Below, in pieces: positions 48,901 to 63,085 of a stretch of DNA of 64,000 nt. The number at the start of each line of letters is the position of its first letter. Position 1 is the first letter of the stretch. Made by a program: the position numbers and the translations under genes. Source of the DNA: Malacoraja senta (Eukaryota); NCBI GenBank assembly GCA_038087875.1, contig JAXLNO010004019.1, positions 1-64,000 on the forward strand. The letters are read 5' to 3'. A model generated the notes under the pieces. That model was not told the DNA's origin, ran no database searches, and saw nothing but the letters and a program-made list of their open reading frames with translations.

Positions 48901-51900
48901 TCCCCTGAGCTGGATCTAATGGCTGGAATTAGCCGTGAAGTCGCCTCTGTTCTGTCCTGATAGGCCAAAAGCTTTCCACCTTTATCCCCAGATTCAAAAA
49001 AGTGTTGCCTAGATTTGAGCAGTCGTAGATTGGCTTTATTAATGGATATGAGGTCAAAGTCTGTTTGTAGCCTAAGGCGTTCTCTATAGAGATTAGGGTT
49101 TGGGTCAGATGCATATTTGTCATCAATGTCCTTTATTTTTTGTAACAGATCTGCCGTTTGGAACGTCTCGGTTCTTTTCAGGTTGGAGATAAAGGAAATG
49201 AGTTGGCCCCTAATATAGGCTTTTGAAGCTTCCCAAAGTATACCTCTTTCTATGTCCGGCGAGTCATTCAGCTCAAAATATAGGGTGATTTGGGAGTGCA
49301 AGAATTGCATGTATTGAGCCTCTGCTAATAATGAGGAGTTGAACCTCCACTTAAAGGGGTTAGTTCGTTTACGAAAATGAAGATCAAGAGAGGTTGCAGC
49401 ATGATCTGATATAACGATGCTATGGTACTCACTAGATTTGATTTTGGAAAGCAATCTATTATCGAAGAGAAAGAAGTCTATACGGGTAAACGTACGATGT
49501 ACGTGGGAGAAAAATGAAAATAATTTAGTCGTGGGGAATATAAATCTCCATGGATCTGTAAGCCCCAGTTGTTTGGCAAGAACATGCACAGTCTTACCGG
49601 ATTTAGTTAAAGTAGAGGCTTTATTCGAAGATCTATCCAGTATAGGATCTTGGACCAGATTAAAGTCTCCACCCACAATGACATGGTGATTTTCAATATT
49701 TGGGAGAGATGTAAAATATTTAGTTATAAATGAGCTGTCATCCCAGTTGGGTCCATAAATGCTTGCCAATATGACAGGTGTGTCTTGCAATTTGCCCGAC
49801 ACCATGACAAAGCGACCAGCAGGGTCTTCCACAGTTTTCTGTGGTTCGAAATTAATGTTCTTACGAATCAGGATAGCAGTGCCCCTAGCCCTATTATTAC
49901 ATTTCGAGTGAAATAGTTGACTAATCCAGCCTCTCTTAAGCCGTGTTACCTCTCTGTTGCGAAGGTGGGTCTCTTGGATGAAGAATATATCACCTTTGAG
50001 CTGTTGCAAATGGGCCAAGATCCTATCAGTTTTGGTAGGACTTCCCGTCCCTCTCACATTCCACGAGACAAATCTAAGAGTATCGTTTGTGTTGGCCATA
50101 TTTAGCTATATGGGTAATGCGCTGTAGTTCTGCAAAACGAGACGGAAGAGCGCATCGAAGCCAGCTGCNNNNNNNNNNNNNNNNNNNNNNNNNNNNNNNN
50201 NNNNNNNNNNNNNNNNNNNNNNNNNNNNNNNNNNNNNNNNNNNNNNNNNNNNNNNNNNNNNNNNNNNNNNNNNNNNNNNNNNNNNNNNNNNNNNNNNNNN
50301 NNNNNNNNNNNNNNNNNNNNNNNNNNNNNNNNNNNNNNNNNNNNNNNNNNNNNNNNNNNNNNNNNNNNNNNNNNNNNNNNNNNNNNNNNNNNNNNNNNNN
50401 NNNNNNNNNNNNNNNNNNNNNNNNNNNNNNNNNNNNNNNNNNNNNNNNNNNNNNNNNNNNNNNNNNNNNNNNNNNNNNNNNNNNNNNNNNNNNNNNNCAC
50501 ACACAGCAAACAAGTGGAACACATATCATTTAACCATCTTTCAAACCTGAGACTCCAGACCTGAGATCCCCCATGTCTCAACTGAACCTTAAGTGCCCAT
50601 TGCACCAAGGTGCGTTGTCCTCGCTTCCGCATGGAGATATCCAATCTTAACTCCTTATATCACCGCTTCCCAAAGCGACGGTCACTCAGTGTCGATAAGA
50701 TAACATGAAGTAAAATAAGTATAGTAATAGTAATAATGACGATGATGATAATAATTTGAAAAATAGAGAGTAGGAATAAAGTAAGATAAACATACATTGA
50801 TAAATGCAAAGTTAAAATAATAACCATAATGGTTGCACTGCCAGTACCATTGCTAACACTAATAGTAATATTAGCAATGATGATAGTCACAATAAGACAA
50901 AGCATATTAACAAAATGGTGATAGTAAATAAACCGGCTAACCTGTAAGTGGATCCGGAATAACTTCCTTTGGTGTTACATAGTATGTCTTAAAATCGACA
51001 AAGTATAAAGAGAGAGTTGGCGTTGGAAAGGTTAGCAAATTACAAACTGGGCTGTTGGATTAAAGCACAGCGCTAAAGGCATCAATTATGTTTTGTTAAA
51101 CAAAAAAGGTATAAGATAAGATTTATATAACACCGCCCTGGCTGTAATGAGCTCTTATCAGCCTCAGACAGTTCGTTATGAAGATTAGTATAAGCAAACT
51201 AGCCAGGTGCTGACAGCGTTAGCGGGCAGCTGTTAAGAACAGGAAGGCAGAGACCAAATCACAAACCACAAAGTGGGTCCTTTAAGCCCAGTTTTATAGG
51301 ATATGCTGGTGAGGGACCCCTCAAGTATGATTACACATAGACAATATAAGAAAAAGTTAGTATAAAATATTCGCAAATCCTGGTGATTTCTTACCAGCCA
51401 CATACATTTTGAAACCGGGGTCTAGTATAATCAGCAATGCTGAACGCTAACCATAGCTAGTTATTAGGAACAGTCAAGCTAAAGTTAGTCCATGTAACCA
51501 TAGATTAACCGGCCCCTGTGCCACTCGAATATAGACGTACTGAACGAAGTCAGTCATCTGTCTGCGTCGATGGTAAGATGAGATGAAATCCTGAGCGTCC
51601 TCGGGAGATGTTGGTCGTCGCCTCTTTCCCTCCCCGGACATTATGAACAGCTTGGTTGGATAATGAAGGGAGGGTTTGAGACCCAGGTTATACAGCTCCT
51701 TCATAACGTCTCGGTACTCGAAGCGTTGTTCAACTATCTCGGGACAGTAGTCTTCGAAAATGTGGAACGGGGTATCTTTGTATTTCAGCTTACCCCTCTG
51801 TCTCCGAGCCTCACGTACCACCAACTCACGGGTCTGGTATCTATGGAAGCAGATCACAACTGCTCTGGGTTTTTCACCAGGGCTTGGCTTGGCTGTTAGC

Positions 51901-52478
51901 GTACGGTGGGCTCGGTCTAGCTCCAGGGCTGATTCCGGTATGTGTTTGCCAAGAGTCTCGAGCAGAAGTTGAGAGAAAAACGCTGTTGTTTGGGACCCTC
52001 GATATTCTCGGGAAGACCCACTATCCTTATGTTATTTCGGCGACTCCTGACTTCCAGGCCGATAAGCTTAGCCTTTAGCTTGGCGTTCTCTTCGGTCACC
52101 GTAGTTAACATTAATGTTATAGCTCGTGGTAGCGGCAAGAGACTCTAATGACGAGAGACGGTGTTGGTGGTCTAACAGTGGTCTGGATATTGTCCAGCTT
52201 TGTTTCCAATTTGGTAACGCAGTGTTGAATTCTGCCAGTAACAATACCTTATGTTCTGTTATCATGGCTGCTAGCGTGGCCGTCGGGTCTTCTGTCTTTT
52301 GCTTTGCTTTCTTTCCTTTGTTTGGCATCTTTACAACGTAGAGAGGTACTGGCAATGATGTTTAAATGTTTGTGGGTGGTTAAAAAACTTAGACTGAGCT
52401 GTAATAAAAGTTGGAGGTGAAAAGGTCGGGAGCGTGGAAAAGTGCGACTACTCCAACATGTCGCCCCCACCGGAAGTC
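45986..52478 (-). mobile_element. Near full-length L1-type LINE (frameshifted ORF1 and ORF2, long inter-ORF spacer)
   Basis: 5' end GACTTCCGGTGG; ORF1 ~52330-51480 (RSRRNNIRIVGLPE); ORF2 50099-46328 (SWNVRG, GGDFN, SDH, LDAEKAFD, LYADD); TSD TCTTTCACC at 45977-45985 and 52479-52487. Confidence 0.92.
50169..50497. other. Assembly gap (329 N)
   Basis: Run of N inside the L1 inter-ORF region. Confidence 1.
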
Positions 52479-53206
52479 TCTTTCACCTTTTTTACTTTAT
52501 ACCATATTATAATTTTAATTTTGAATGGAATTATAAGATTACAGACACTGTATATGTATGCTTTTCCTCAACAGAAACTGCCAGAAACTTTAAACGAATC
52601 TACAATAACACTTATACCAAAAACAGATAAGGACCTTGAAGGCATAGGTTCATATAGAGCAATAGCTCTCTTAAATACTGATCAGAAAATATTAACTAAA
52701 ATTCTAGCACATAGATTAAGTTTAGTGATTAATAAATTAGTACACCCCGACCAAACAGGTTTTATTCCAAAACGATACTTATCTTATAATTTGAGACGAT
52801 TATTCAATATTATATATTCAAATAGAATTGCTAATGTAGACCTAGTAATCATTTCGTTAGATGCTGAAAAAGCATTTGATCACCTGGAATGGCCCTATCT
52901 ATTTTCGGTGATGGAAATTTTCAACTGGGCGAGAAGTACTGCACACTCTTATATACTAACCCAACAGCTAGAATATTAACAAACCAAATGTTATCAACTA
53001 AATTTAACTTATCTAGAGGTTGTAGACAAGGATATCTCCATTATTATTCGCTCTCGCTATTGAACCATTAGCAGAAAGTGTTAGAGCCCATCCAGAAATA
53101 TACGGGTATAATACCAAAGACACAGTGAATAAAATGTCTTTATATGCAGATGATGTATTAATATACATTAGAAACCCAGAAACTAGCATTCCAAACCTAT
53201 CCAAAC

Positions 53207-56200
53207 AGGGCAGTTTACTGTTCTGGATGTCAGATGTGGGAAGTCATGGAGTCTGATAGCCCTCCAGACGTCCACATCTGCGCCAGGTGTATCGAGATGG
53301 GGCTCCTAATGGACCGTATTAGGAACCTGGAGCAGCAGCTCGATGACCTCCGTCTGGTCAGGGAGAGCGAGGAAGTCATTGAGAGGAGTTACAGGGATGT
53401 GGTCACTCCAACACCACAGGAGGCAGGCAAGTGGATCACGGTTGGGAGAGGCAAGGGGCACAGGCAGGGACTAGAGAGTACCCCGGTGGCTGTACACCTT
53501 GACAATAAGTACTCCTGTTTGAGCACTGTTGGGGTGGACAGCCTACCTGGGGGTAGCGACAGCGGCCGGGCCTCCGGTATAGAGACAGGTCCTGTTACCA
53601 CATAAGAGATTAGGATACAAACTTAAATCACACGGTATTGGGGGTTCAGTATTGATGTGGATAGAGAACTGGCTGGCAAACAGGAAGCAAAGAGTAGGAG
53701 TAAACGGGTCCTTTTCACAATGGCAGGCAGTGACTAGTGGGGTACCGCAAGGCTCAGTGCTGGGACCCCATCTATTTACAATTTATATTAATGATCTGGA
53801 CGAGGGAATTGAAAGCAACATCTCCAAGTTTGCGGATGACACTAAGCTGGGGGGCAGTGTTAGCTGTGAGGAGGATGCTAGGAGACTGCAAGGTGACTTG
53901 GATAGGCTGGGTGAGTGGGCAAATGTTTGGCAGATGCAGTATAATGTGGATAAATGTGAGGTTATCCACTTTGGTGGCAAGAACGGGAAGGCAAACTATT
54001 ATCTAAATGGTGGCCGATTAGGAAATGGGGAGATGCAGCGAGACCTGGGTGTCATGGTACAACAGTCATTGAAAGTAGGCATGCAGGTGCAGCAGGCAGT
54101 GAAGAAAGCGAATGGTATGTTGGCCTTCATAGCAAGAGGATTTGAGTATAGGAGCAGGGAGGTTCTACTGCAGTTGTACAGGGTCTTGGTGAGACCACAC
54201 CTGGAGTATTGCGTACAGTTTTGGTCTCCAAATCTGAGGAAGGACATTATAGCCATAGAGGGAGTGCAGAGAAGGTTCACCAGACTGATTCCTGGGATGT
54301 CAGGACTTTCATATGAAGAGGAGGGCAATATTAATAGGGGACTCTATAGTTAGGGGGTCAGACAGGCGATTCTGTGGACGCAGTCGGGAGACCCGGATGG
54401 TAGTTTGCCTCCCTGGTGCCAGGGTCTGTGATGTGTCTCAACGTGTCCAAGACATCCTGAAAGGGCAGGGAGAGGAGCCCGAGGTCGTGATACATATAGG
54501 TACCAATGACATAGGTAAAAAAAGAGAAGAGGTCCTGAAAGGAGAATTTAGGGAGTTAGGAGGGGAGTTAAAGAGAAGGACAGCAAAGGTAACAATCTCG
54601 GGATTACTGCCTGTGCCACGCGACAGTGAGAGTAGGAATGGAGCGAGGTGGAGGATAAATGCGTGGCTGAAGGACTGGTGCAGAAGGCAGGGATTCAAAT
54701 TTCTGGATCATTGGGACCTCTTTTGTGGAAGGTTCGACCTGTACAAAAAGGATGGGTTGCACTTGAACCTGAGGGGGACCGATATTCTGGCAGGGAGCTC
54801 TGCAAAGGCTACTGGGGAGACTTTAAACTAGAATGGTTGGGGCGAGGGACTCAAATAGAGAATGCTATTAGACAGTGTGTGAGGCAGGAGGCAGAGAAGG
54901 AAAGCACTCAGACCCAACATGTAGGGGGGGAAGAAGAAAACAATAATAAACAGAGAATAAGAGGTGGTGGGGTTCTTAAATGGGTGAGCAGAGAAACAGA
55001 GGTGTAAAATGCGGGCGGAAGCAATAGGTAGCAAGGTGAAAAGTAAAAGTGGCAGGCAGACAAATCCAGGGCAAAAATCAAAAAGAGCCACTTTTCAACA
55101 TAATTGTATAAGGGGTAAGAGCGTTGTAAAAACAAGCCTGAAGGCTTTGTGTCTCAATGCAAGGAGCATTCGTAATAAGGTGGATGAGTTGAACGTGCAG
55201 ATAGCAATTAATGATTATGATATGGTTGGGATCACGGAGACATGGCTCCAGGGTGACCAAGGCTGGGAGCTGAACATCCAGGGATATTCAATATTCAGGA
55301 GGGATAGAGGGAAAGGAAAAGGAGGTGGGGTAGCGTTGCTGGTTAGAGAGGAGATTAACGCAGTGGAAAGGAAGGACATTAGCTTGGAGGATGTGGAATC
55401 GGTATGGGTAGAGCTGCGAAACACTAAGGGGCAGAAAACGCTGGTGGGTGTTGTGTACAGGCCACCTAGCAGTAGTAGTGAAGTTGGGGATGGCATCAAA
55501 CAGGAAATTAGAAATGCGTGCAACAAAGGCAAAACAGTTATAATGGGTGACTTCAATCTACATATAGATTGGGTGAATCAAATTGGCAGGGGTGCTGAGG
55601 AAGAGGATTTCTTGGAATGTATGAGGGATAGTTATCTAAACCAACATGTAGAGGAACCAACGAGAGAGCAGGCTATTCCAGACTGGGTATTGAGTAATGA
55701 GGAAGGGTTAGTTAGCAGACTTGTTGTGCGTGCCCCCTTGGGCAAGAGTGACCATAATATGGTTGAGTTCTTCATTAGGATGGAGAGTGACATTGTTAAT
55801 TCAGAAACAACGGTTCTGAACTTAAAGAAAGGTAACTTTGAGGGTATGAGACGTGAATTGGCCAAGATTGACTGGCAATTAGTTCTAAAAGGGTTGACGG
55901 TGGATATGCAATGGAAGGCATTTAAAGACTGCATGGATGAACTACAAAAATTGTTCATCCCAGTTTGGCAAAAGAATAAATCAGGGAAGGTAGTGCATCC
56001 GTGGATAACAAGGGAAATCAGGGATAGTATCAAAGCAAAAGATGATGCGTACAAATTAGCCAGAAAAAGCAGCATACCAGAGGACTGGGAGAAATTCAGA
56101 GACCAGCAGAGGAGGACAAAGGGCTTAATTAGGAAAGGGAAAATAGATTATGAAAGGAAACTGGCAGGGAACATAAAAACTGACTGCAAAAGTTTTTATA

Positions 56201-57485
56201 GATATGTGAAGAGAAAGAGATTAGTTAAAACAAATGTAGGTCCCTTGCAGTCAGAAACAGGTGAATTGATCATGGGGAACAAGGATATGGCGGACCAATT
56301 GAATAACTACTTTGGTTCCGTCTTCACTAAGGAAGACATAAATAATCTGCCGGAAATAGCAGGGGGCCGCAGGTCAAAGGAGATGGAGGAACTGTGAAAT
56401 CCAGGTTAGTCGGGAAGTGGTGTTGGGTAAATTGAATGGATTAAAGGCCGATAAATCACCAGGGCCAGATAGGCTGCATCCCAGAGTACTTAAGGAAGTA
56501 GCTCCAGAAATAGTGGATGCATTAGTGCTAATTTTTCAAAACTCTTTAGATTCTGGAGTAGTTCCTGAGGATTGGAGGGTAGCAAACGTAACCCCACTTT
56601 TTAAGAAGGGAGGGAGAGAGAAAATGGGGAATTACAGACCAGTTAGTCTAACATCGGTAGTGGGGAAACTGCTAGAGTCAGTTATTAAAGATGGGATAGC
56701 AGCACATTTGGAAAGTGGTGAAATCATTGGACAAAGTCAGCATGGATTTACGAAAGGTAAATCGTGTCTGACGAATCTTATAGAATTTTTCGAGGATGTA
56801 ACTAGTAGAGTGGATAGGGGAGAACCAGTGGATGTGTTGTATCTGGACTTTCAGAAGGCTTTCGACAAGGTACCACATAAGAGATTAGGATACAAACTTA
56901 AATCACACGGTATTGGGGGTTCAGTATTGATGTGGATAGAGAACTGGCTGGCAAACAGGAAGCAAAGAGTAGGAGTAAACGGGTCCTTTTCACAATGGCA
57001 GGCAGTGACTAGTGGGGTACCGCAAGGCTCAGTGCTGGGACCCCATCTATTTACAATTTATATTAATGATCTGGACGAGGGAATTGAAAGCAACATCTCC
57101 AAGTTTGCGGATGACACTAAGCTGGGGGGCAGTGTTAGCTGTGAGGAGGATGCTAGGAGACTGCAAGGTGACTTGGATAGGCTGGGTGAGTGGGCAAATG
57201 TTTGGCAGATGCAGTATAATGTGGATAAATGTGAGGTTATCCACTTTGGTGGCAAGAACGGGAAGGCAGACTATTATCTAAATGGTGGCCGATTAGGAAA
57301 TGGGGAGATGCAGCGAGACCTGGGTGTCATGGTACACCAGTCATTGAAAGTAGGCATGCAGGTGCAGCAGGCAGTGAAGAAAGCGAATGGTATGTTGGCC
57401 TTCATAGCAAGAGGATTTGAGTATAGGAGCAGGGAGGTTCTACTGCAGTTGTACAGGGTCTTGGTGAGACCACACCTGGAGTATT
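53207..57485 (+). mobile_element. CR1 with esterase-type ORF1 and 3'-truncated ORF2; ORF1 interrupted by its own RT segment
   Basis: ORF1: CARC...IGDSIVRG...HIGTND...DGLHLN (SGNH esterase-like); ORF2 55009-57485 has endonuclease and RT motifs with one stop near 56397. Confidence 0.9.
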
Positions 57486-58305
57486 TTTTTTTAAAAAGTT
57501 GATTCCATTGTCACAAGCTTTATTTGGGATTATAAGAATCATAGAATAAGCAAAAAACATTTATGTAAATCAAAGACAAATGGAGGTTTAGCTTTACCAA
57601 ATTTTTTGTTTTATTTCTGGGCAATCAATATTAAAAATATGAACTTCTGGTTGGAAGAAATGGATCAGTAACCAGACTGGTTGAAGATGGAAAATGAAGA
57701 CTGCTTACCTTTGGTTTAATTTTTTTTGCTCCACAAAATTGAACAAAAAAACCTGTAGTGAAAACCCTATAATATATAGTGGTTTACGAATTTGGAAACA
57801 ATTAAAAAAGACTTTAAAATTGGATAACTTATCTCTATTACTTCCCATTGTAAATAATCCTTTATTCAACCCCTCTGTGTTGGATAAAGGTTTTATACAA
57901 TGGAAAAATCATGGAATTAAAAAGATGGGACATCTCTATAGGAAAGGCACTTTTCTTTCATTTCAGGAGTTACAACAGATTCATGGACTACACTCAAATA
58001 ACTTTTTCAGATTATAGAACTAGAGAACCAGAAACTCTTGATGAATGTTTGAATAAACATCCTAATACAGAAAAATTAATATCTCATTTATAATACCCTC
58101 TTAGACAGTGAGGTCCCGCCGACGGAATTATAGAGACAAACATGGGGAAATGAATTAGGCCAACCTATAACGAAAGATATTTGGGACGAAAGTCTACAAC
58201 ATATACATCAATGCTCGTTAAATGCCAGACACTCTTTAATACAATTTAAAGCATTACATAGACTACATTACTCTAAAACAAAATTAAATAGAATCTTCCC
58301 ACATA

Positions 58306-59834
58306 CAGGACTCGAATTTAGCAGTTGCCCGGGTGCCATTGATAACTCAAAGCGCCGACGGGCAACCTAAACATAGAGTCATTTTGCCCGGCTTGGCAAC
58401 CAGATACTGGTTTGTACCGAAGATAGACACAAAAAACTGGAGTAACTCCGCGGGACAGGCAGCATCTCTGGAGAAAAGGAACGCGACGTTTCGTGTCAGC
58501 GGCGGCTGTGCGGGGAAAATATACTAGGTGCGGGGTGAGGAAGGGTCGGAGCGAATGAAGGGCCCCGAACAGCGGCAGCAGCGGCCGCGACAGTGGCTCC
58601 ATCTCCTCCTCCTCCCGCCACCCGCCCGTCCTGATAAGGGCCTCTGCTTGTAAATCAGAGGCCCTTATCAGGGGGGGCGGGGGCGGGAGGAGGAGGAGGA
58701 GTAGATGGAGCTGCTGCTGCTGCCGCTCCGACACGTCTGAAGCGGCTGCACCAAAGATCTTATAGCTATAGGATCTCTGAGCTGCATCGCCCGGCCCCGC
58801 ACCTTGCTGTTGGCTGGCGGAGGAGGGAGGCGGTGGCGAGGAGTTCCCAACAGCCAAGGCAGCGGGGTGATGTTGTCCAAGGAGCACTGACCTTCCTTCC
58901 TCCCCACCACACCCCTCTCCCTCTCTCTCTCTCCCTCTCTCTTGTACGCCCCCTCCACCACCCCCTATCCTGGGACCCCTCCACTCCATCCTGCACTGAT
59001 CCCCATTCCCACCTCTATTCAGTCCTCACTGACATCCACTGTGCTCCCCTCCCCATCTACCCCCCCCCCCATCTATTCATCCTGCGCTGATCACCCTATC
59101 CACCTCGCATTGACTCTCCTGCCACCCCCCCCCCCCATCCATCCTACATTGGTTTCCCAATTCATCCTGTACTTACCCCTTTCCTGTCCATCCTGCACTT
59201 CTCCTCCATCCATCCTGTACTGATCCCCATCCATCCTGTACTAATCCACGCATTCATCCCGTACTGACCCACCCTCCATTTACCCTGCACCTTCCCCCCT
59301 TCCCCTCATTCATCCTGTAGTGATCCCCCATTCATCTTGCACAGACCCTCCGATCCACACTGTACTGACCCCCCCATTCATCCTGCGCTGATCTCCCCCC
59401 CATCCATCCTGTACTGATCCTCCCATTCAAGAAGAATGGGGGGATCAGTCTGAAGAAGGGTCTCGACCCGAAATGTTGCCTATTTCCTTCGCTCCATAGA
59501 TGCTGCCTCACCCACTGAGTTTCTCCAGTAAAAAGAGTTGAGATAGAAAGAGTTGTGAAAAGAGCCTTATAATTTTGCTGCGTGTCATTGTGGGATATAT
59601 CATGTCTTGATTGGTGAATATGTTTAGTTTGTGACTTTATTTGAAGCAGAAATAATATGTGAATGCTTCATTGAGTATAATTCCGACTGGTAACTATGCA
59701 CTTCGTCCGAGCACATTATCGCACGCGTCATGGAAGCCATCTTAAATGACCACCTAAACTGTCATTTGGCAACCTATAAAGCTGCCAAGGTTGCCCGGCT
59801 GGCAACAGGGGGAAAAAGTTAAGCGAGAGCCCTG
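58306..59834. mobile_element. Non-autonomous composite TIR element, copy 2
   Basis: Ends CAGGACT...AGCCCTG; TSD ACATA/ATATA (one mismatch), whose removal restores the L1 frame IFPHMSPICDKC; same internal modules as 29172-31981. Confidence 0.78.
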
Positions 59835-60078
59835 ATATATGTCTCCTATTTGTGATAAATGTCAGCATTTAGAGGCTAACTTAACTCATACCTTTGTAAA
59901 CTGTATAACCCCCAAAATTAAAATGTGGATTATGGAAATGTCGGAGACCTTACATTTGGAAAGAACTAGCCTTGTCTTAATTGACAAACAAGAATTAATT
60001 GTTTGAATATGGTCTCCATTTATTGAATTTTTGAAAGGGTAAATTGGTCCAGCAAGGGAATCTGACTGAAGCTCGAAC

Positions 60079-63000
60079 TATATAACAATTACAGCACGGA
60101 AACAGGCCATCTCGACCCTTCTAGTCCGTGCCGAACATGTATTCTCCCCTAGTCCCATATACCTGCGCTCAGACCATAACCCTCCATTCCTTTCCCGTCC
60201 ATATAACTATCCAATTTATTTTTAAATGATAAAAACGAACCACCTTCACTGGAAGCTCATTCCACACAGCCACCACTCTCTGAGTAAAGAAGTTCCCCCT
60301 CATGTTACCCCAAAACTTCTGTCCCTTAATTCTCAAGTCATGTCCCCTTGTTTGAATCTTCCCTACTCTCAGTGGGAAAAGCTTATCCATGTCAACTCTG
60401 TCTATCCCTCTCATCATTTTAAAGACCTCTATCAAGTCCCCCCTTAACCTTCTGCGCTCCAAAGAATAAAGCCCTAACTTGTTCAACCTTTCTCTGTAAC
60501 TTAGTTGCTGAAACCCAGGCAACATTCTAGTAAATCTCCTCTGTACTCTCTCTATTTTGTTGACATCCTTCCTATAATTAGGCGACCAAAATTGTACACC
60601 ATACTCCAGAATTGGCCTCACCAATGCCTTGTACAATTTTAACATTACATCCCAACTTCTATACTCAATGCTCTGATTTATAAAAGCCAGCACACTAAAA
60701 GCTTTCTTTATCACCCTATCTACATGAGATTCCACTTTCAGGGAACTGTGCACAGTTATTCCAAGATCCCTCTGTTCACCTGCTTTCTTCAATTCCCTAC
60801 CATTTACCATGTACGTCCTATTTTGATTTGTCCTGCCAAGATGTAGCACCTCACACTTATCAGCATTAAACTCCATGTGCCATCTTTCAGCCCACTCTTC
60901 CAACCGGCATAAATCTCTCTGTAGACTTTGAAAATCTACTTCATTATCCACAGCCCCACCTATCTTAGTATCATCTGCATACTTACTAATCCAATTTACC
61001 ACACCATCATCCAGATCATTGATGTACATGACAAACAACAGTGGACCCAACACAGATCCCTGTGGCACCCCACTAGTCACTGGCCTCCAACCTGACAAAC
61101 AACCATCCACCATTACTCTCTGGCATCTCCCATTCAGCCACTGTTGAATCCATCTTGCTACTCCACCATTAATACCCAACCATTGAACCTTCTTAACCAA
61201 CCTTCCGTGAGGAACCTTGTCAAAGGCCTTACTGAAGTCCATATATACAACATCCACGGCTTTACCCTCATCAATTTCCCGAGTAACCTCTTGAAAAAAT
61301 TCAAGAAGATTAGTCAAACATGACCTTCCAGGCACAAATCCATGTTGATTGTTCCTAATCAGCCCCTGTTTATCCAGATGCTTATATATATTATCTTTAA
61401 GTATCCTTTCCATTAATTTGCCCACCACTGACGTCAAACTAACATGTCTATAATTGCTAGGTTTACTCTTCGAACCCTTTTTAAACAACGGAACAACATG
61501 CGCAGTACGCCAATCCTCCGGCACTATTCCCGTTTCTAATGACATTTGAAATATTTCGGTCATAGCCCCTGCTATTTCTACACTAACTTCCCTCAATGTC
61601 CTAGGGAATATCCTGTCAGGACCTGGAGATTTATCCGTTTTCATATTTTTCAAAAGTGTCCGCACCTCCTCTTCTTTGAATCTCACAGTTTCCATTGCTA
61701 CTCTGCTCGTTTCCCTTACCTCACATAATTCCATATCCTTCTCCTTCGTGAATACCGAAGAAAAGAAATTGTTCAATATCTCCCCCATCTCTTTTAGCTC
61801 TGCAGATAGCTGTCCACTCTGACTCTCTAATGGACCGATTTTATTCCTTGTTATCCTTTTGCTATTAATATAGCTGTAGAAACCCTTTGGATTTACTTTC
61901 ACCTTACTTGCCAAAGCAACCTCATATCTTCTTTTAGCTTTTCTAATTTCTTTCTTAATATTCTTTTTACATTCTTTATACTCCTCAAGCACCTCATTTA
62001 CTCCATGCTGCCTATAATTATTGTAGATCTCTCTCTTTTTCCGAACCAAGTGTCCAATTTCCCTTGAAAACCATGGCTCTTTCCATTTTTTACTATTTCC
62101 TTTCAACCGAACAGGGACATAAAGATTCTGTACTCTTAAAATTTCACCCTTAAATGTCCTCCATTTTTCTTCTACATCCTTCCCATAAAACAACATGTCC
62201 CAATTCACTCCTTTTAAATCCTTTCGCATCTCCTCAAAGTTAGCCTTTCTCCAAACAAAAATCTCAACCCTAGGTCCAGTTCTGACCCTCTCCATAATTA
62301 TATTGAAACTAATGGTATTATGATCACTGGACCCGAAGTGCTCCCCGACGCATACCTCCGCCACCTGCCCTGTCTCATTTCCTAACAGGAGGTCCAGCAC
62401 TGCCCCTTCTCTAGTAGGTACCTCTATGTATTGCTGCAAAAAACTATCTTGCACACATTTTACAAACTCCAAACCATCCAGCCCTTTTACAGAATGTGTT
62501 TCCCAGTCTATGTGTGGAAAATTGAAATCTCCCACAATCACTATCTTGTGCTTACTACTAATATCTGCTATCTCCTTACATATTTGCTCTTCCAATTCTC
62601 GCTCCCCATTTGGCGGTCTATAATACACCCCTATAAGTGTTGCTACACCTTTCCCATTTCTCAGTTCCACCCAAATAGCCTCCCTAGACGAGCCCTCTAA
62701 TCTATCCTGCCAAAGCACTGCTGTAATATCTTCCTTGACAAGCAATGCAACACCCTCACCTCTTGCCCCTCCAATTCTATCACACCTGAAGCAACAAAAT
62801 CCTGGAATATTTATTTGGCAATCACAGCCCTCCTGCAACCATGTTTCACTGATCGCCACAACATCATACTTCCAGGTGTCAATCCAGGCTCTAAGCTCAT
62901 CCACCTTTCATACAATGCTCCTAGCATTAAAATATACACATTTAAGAAACCCACCACCACTTATTCTCTGTTTATTATCTTTTTCTTCTTTCTCCCCTAC

Positions 63001-63085
63001 ATTTTGGGTCCGAGTGCTTCCCTTCTCTGCCTCCTGCCTCCCACATTTTCCACTAGCTTTCTCTATTTGAGTGCCCCCAACCGTT
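60079..63085 (-). mobile_element. Young CR1 with near-intact ORF2
   Basis: 911-aa open frame 60169-62904 spanning endonuclease and RT; only the last ~20 codons are out of frame. Confidence 0.92.

Larger units (their letters stand above)
34084..60080 (+). mobile_element. Host L1-type LINE fragmented by nested insertions
   Basis: 5' end GACTTCCGGTGG at 34084; ORF1 34519-35296; inter-ORF sequence resumes at 45388; RT 52490-53200 (LDAEKAFD, YADD); C-terminal ORF2 57490-58305 and 59835-60050 (IFPH/MSPICDKC...WSPF). That all pieces derive from one copy is inferred from colinearity. Confidence 0.7.

Noticed and set aside
50074-50644. ORFs with long X runs
   Set aside because: Artefacts of the N gap.
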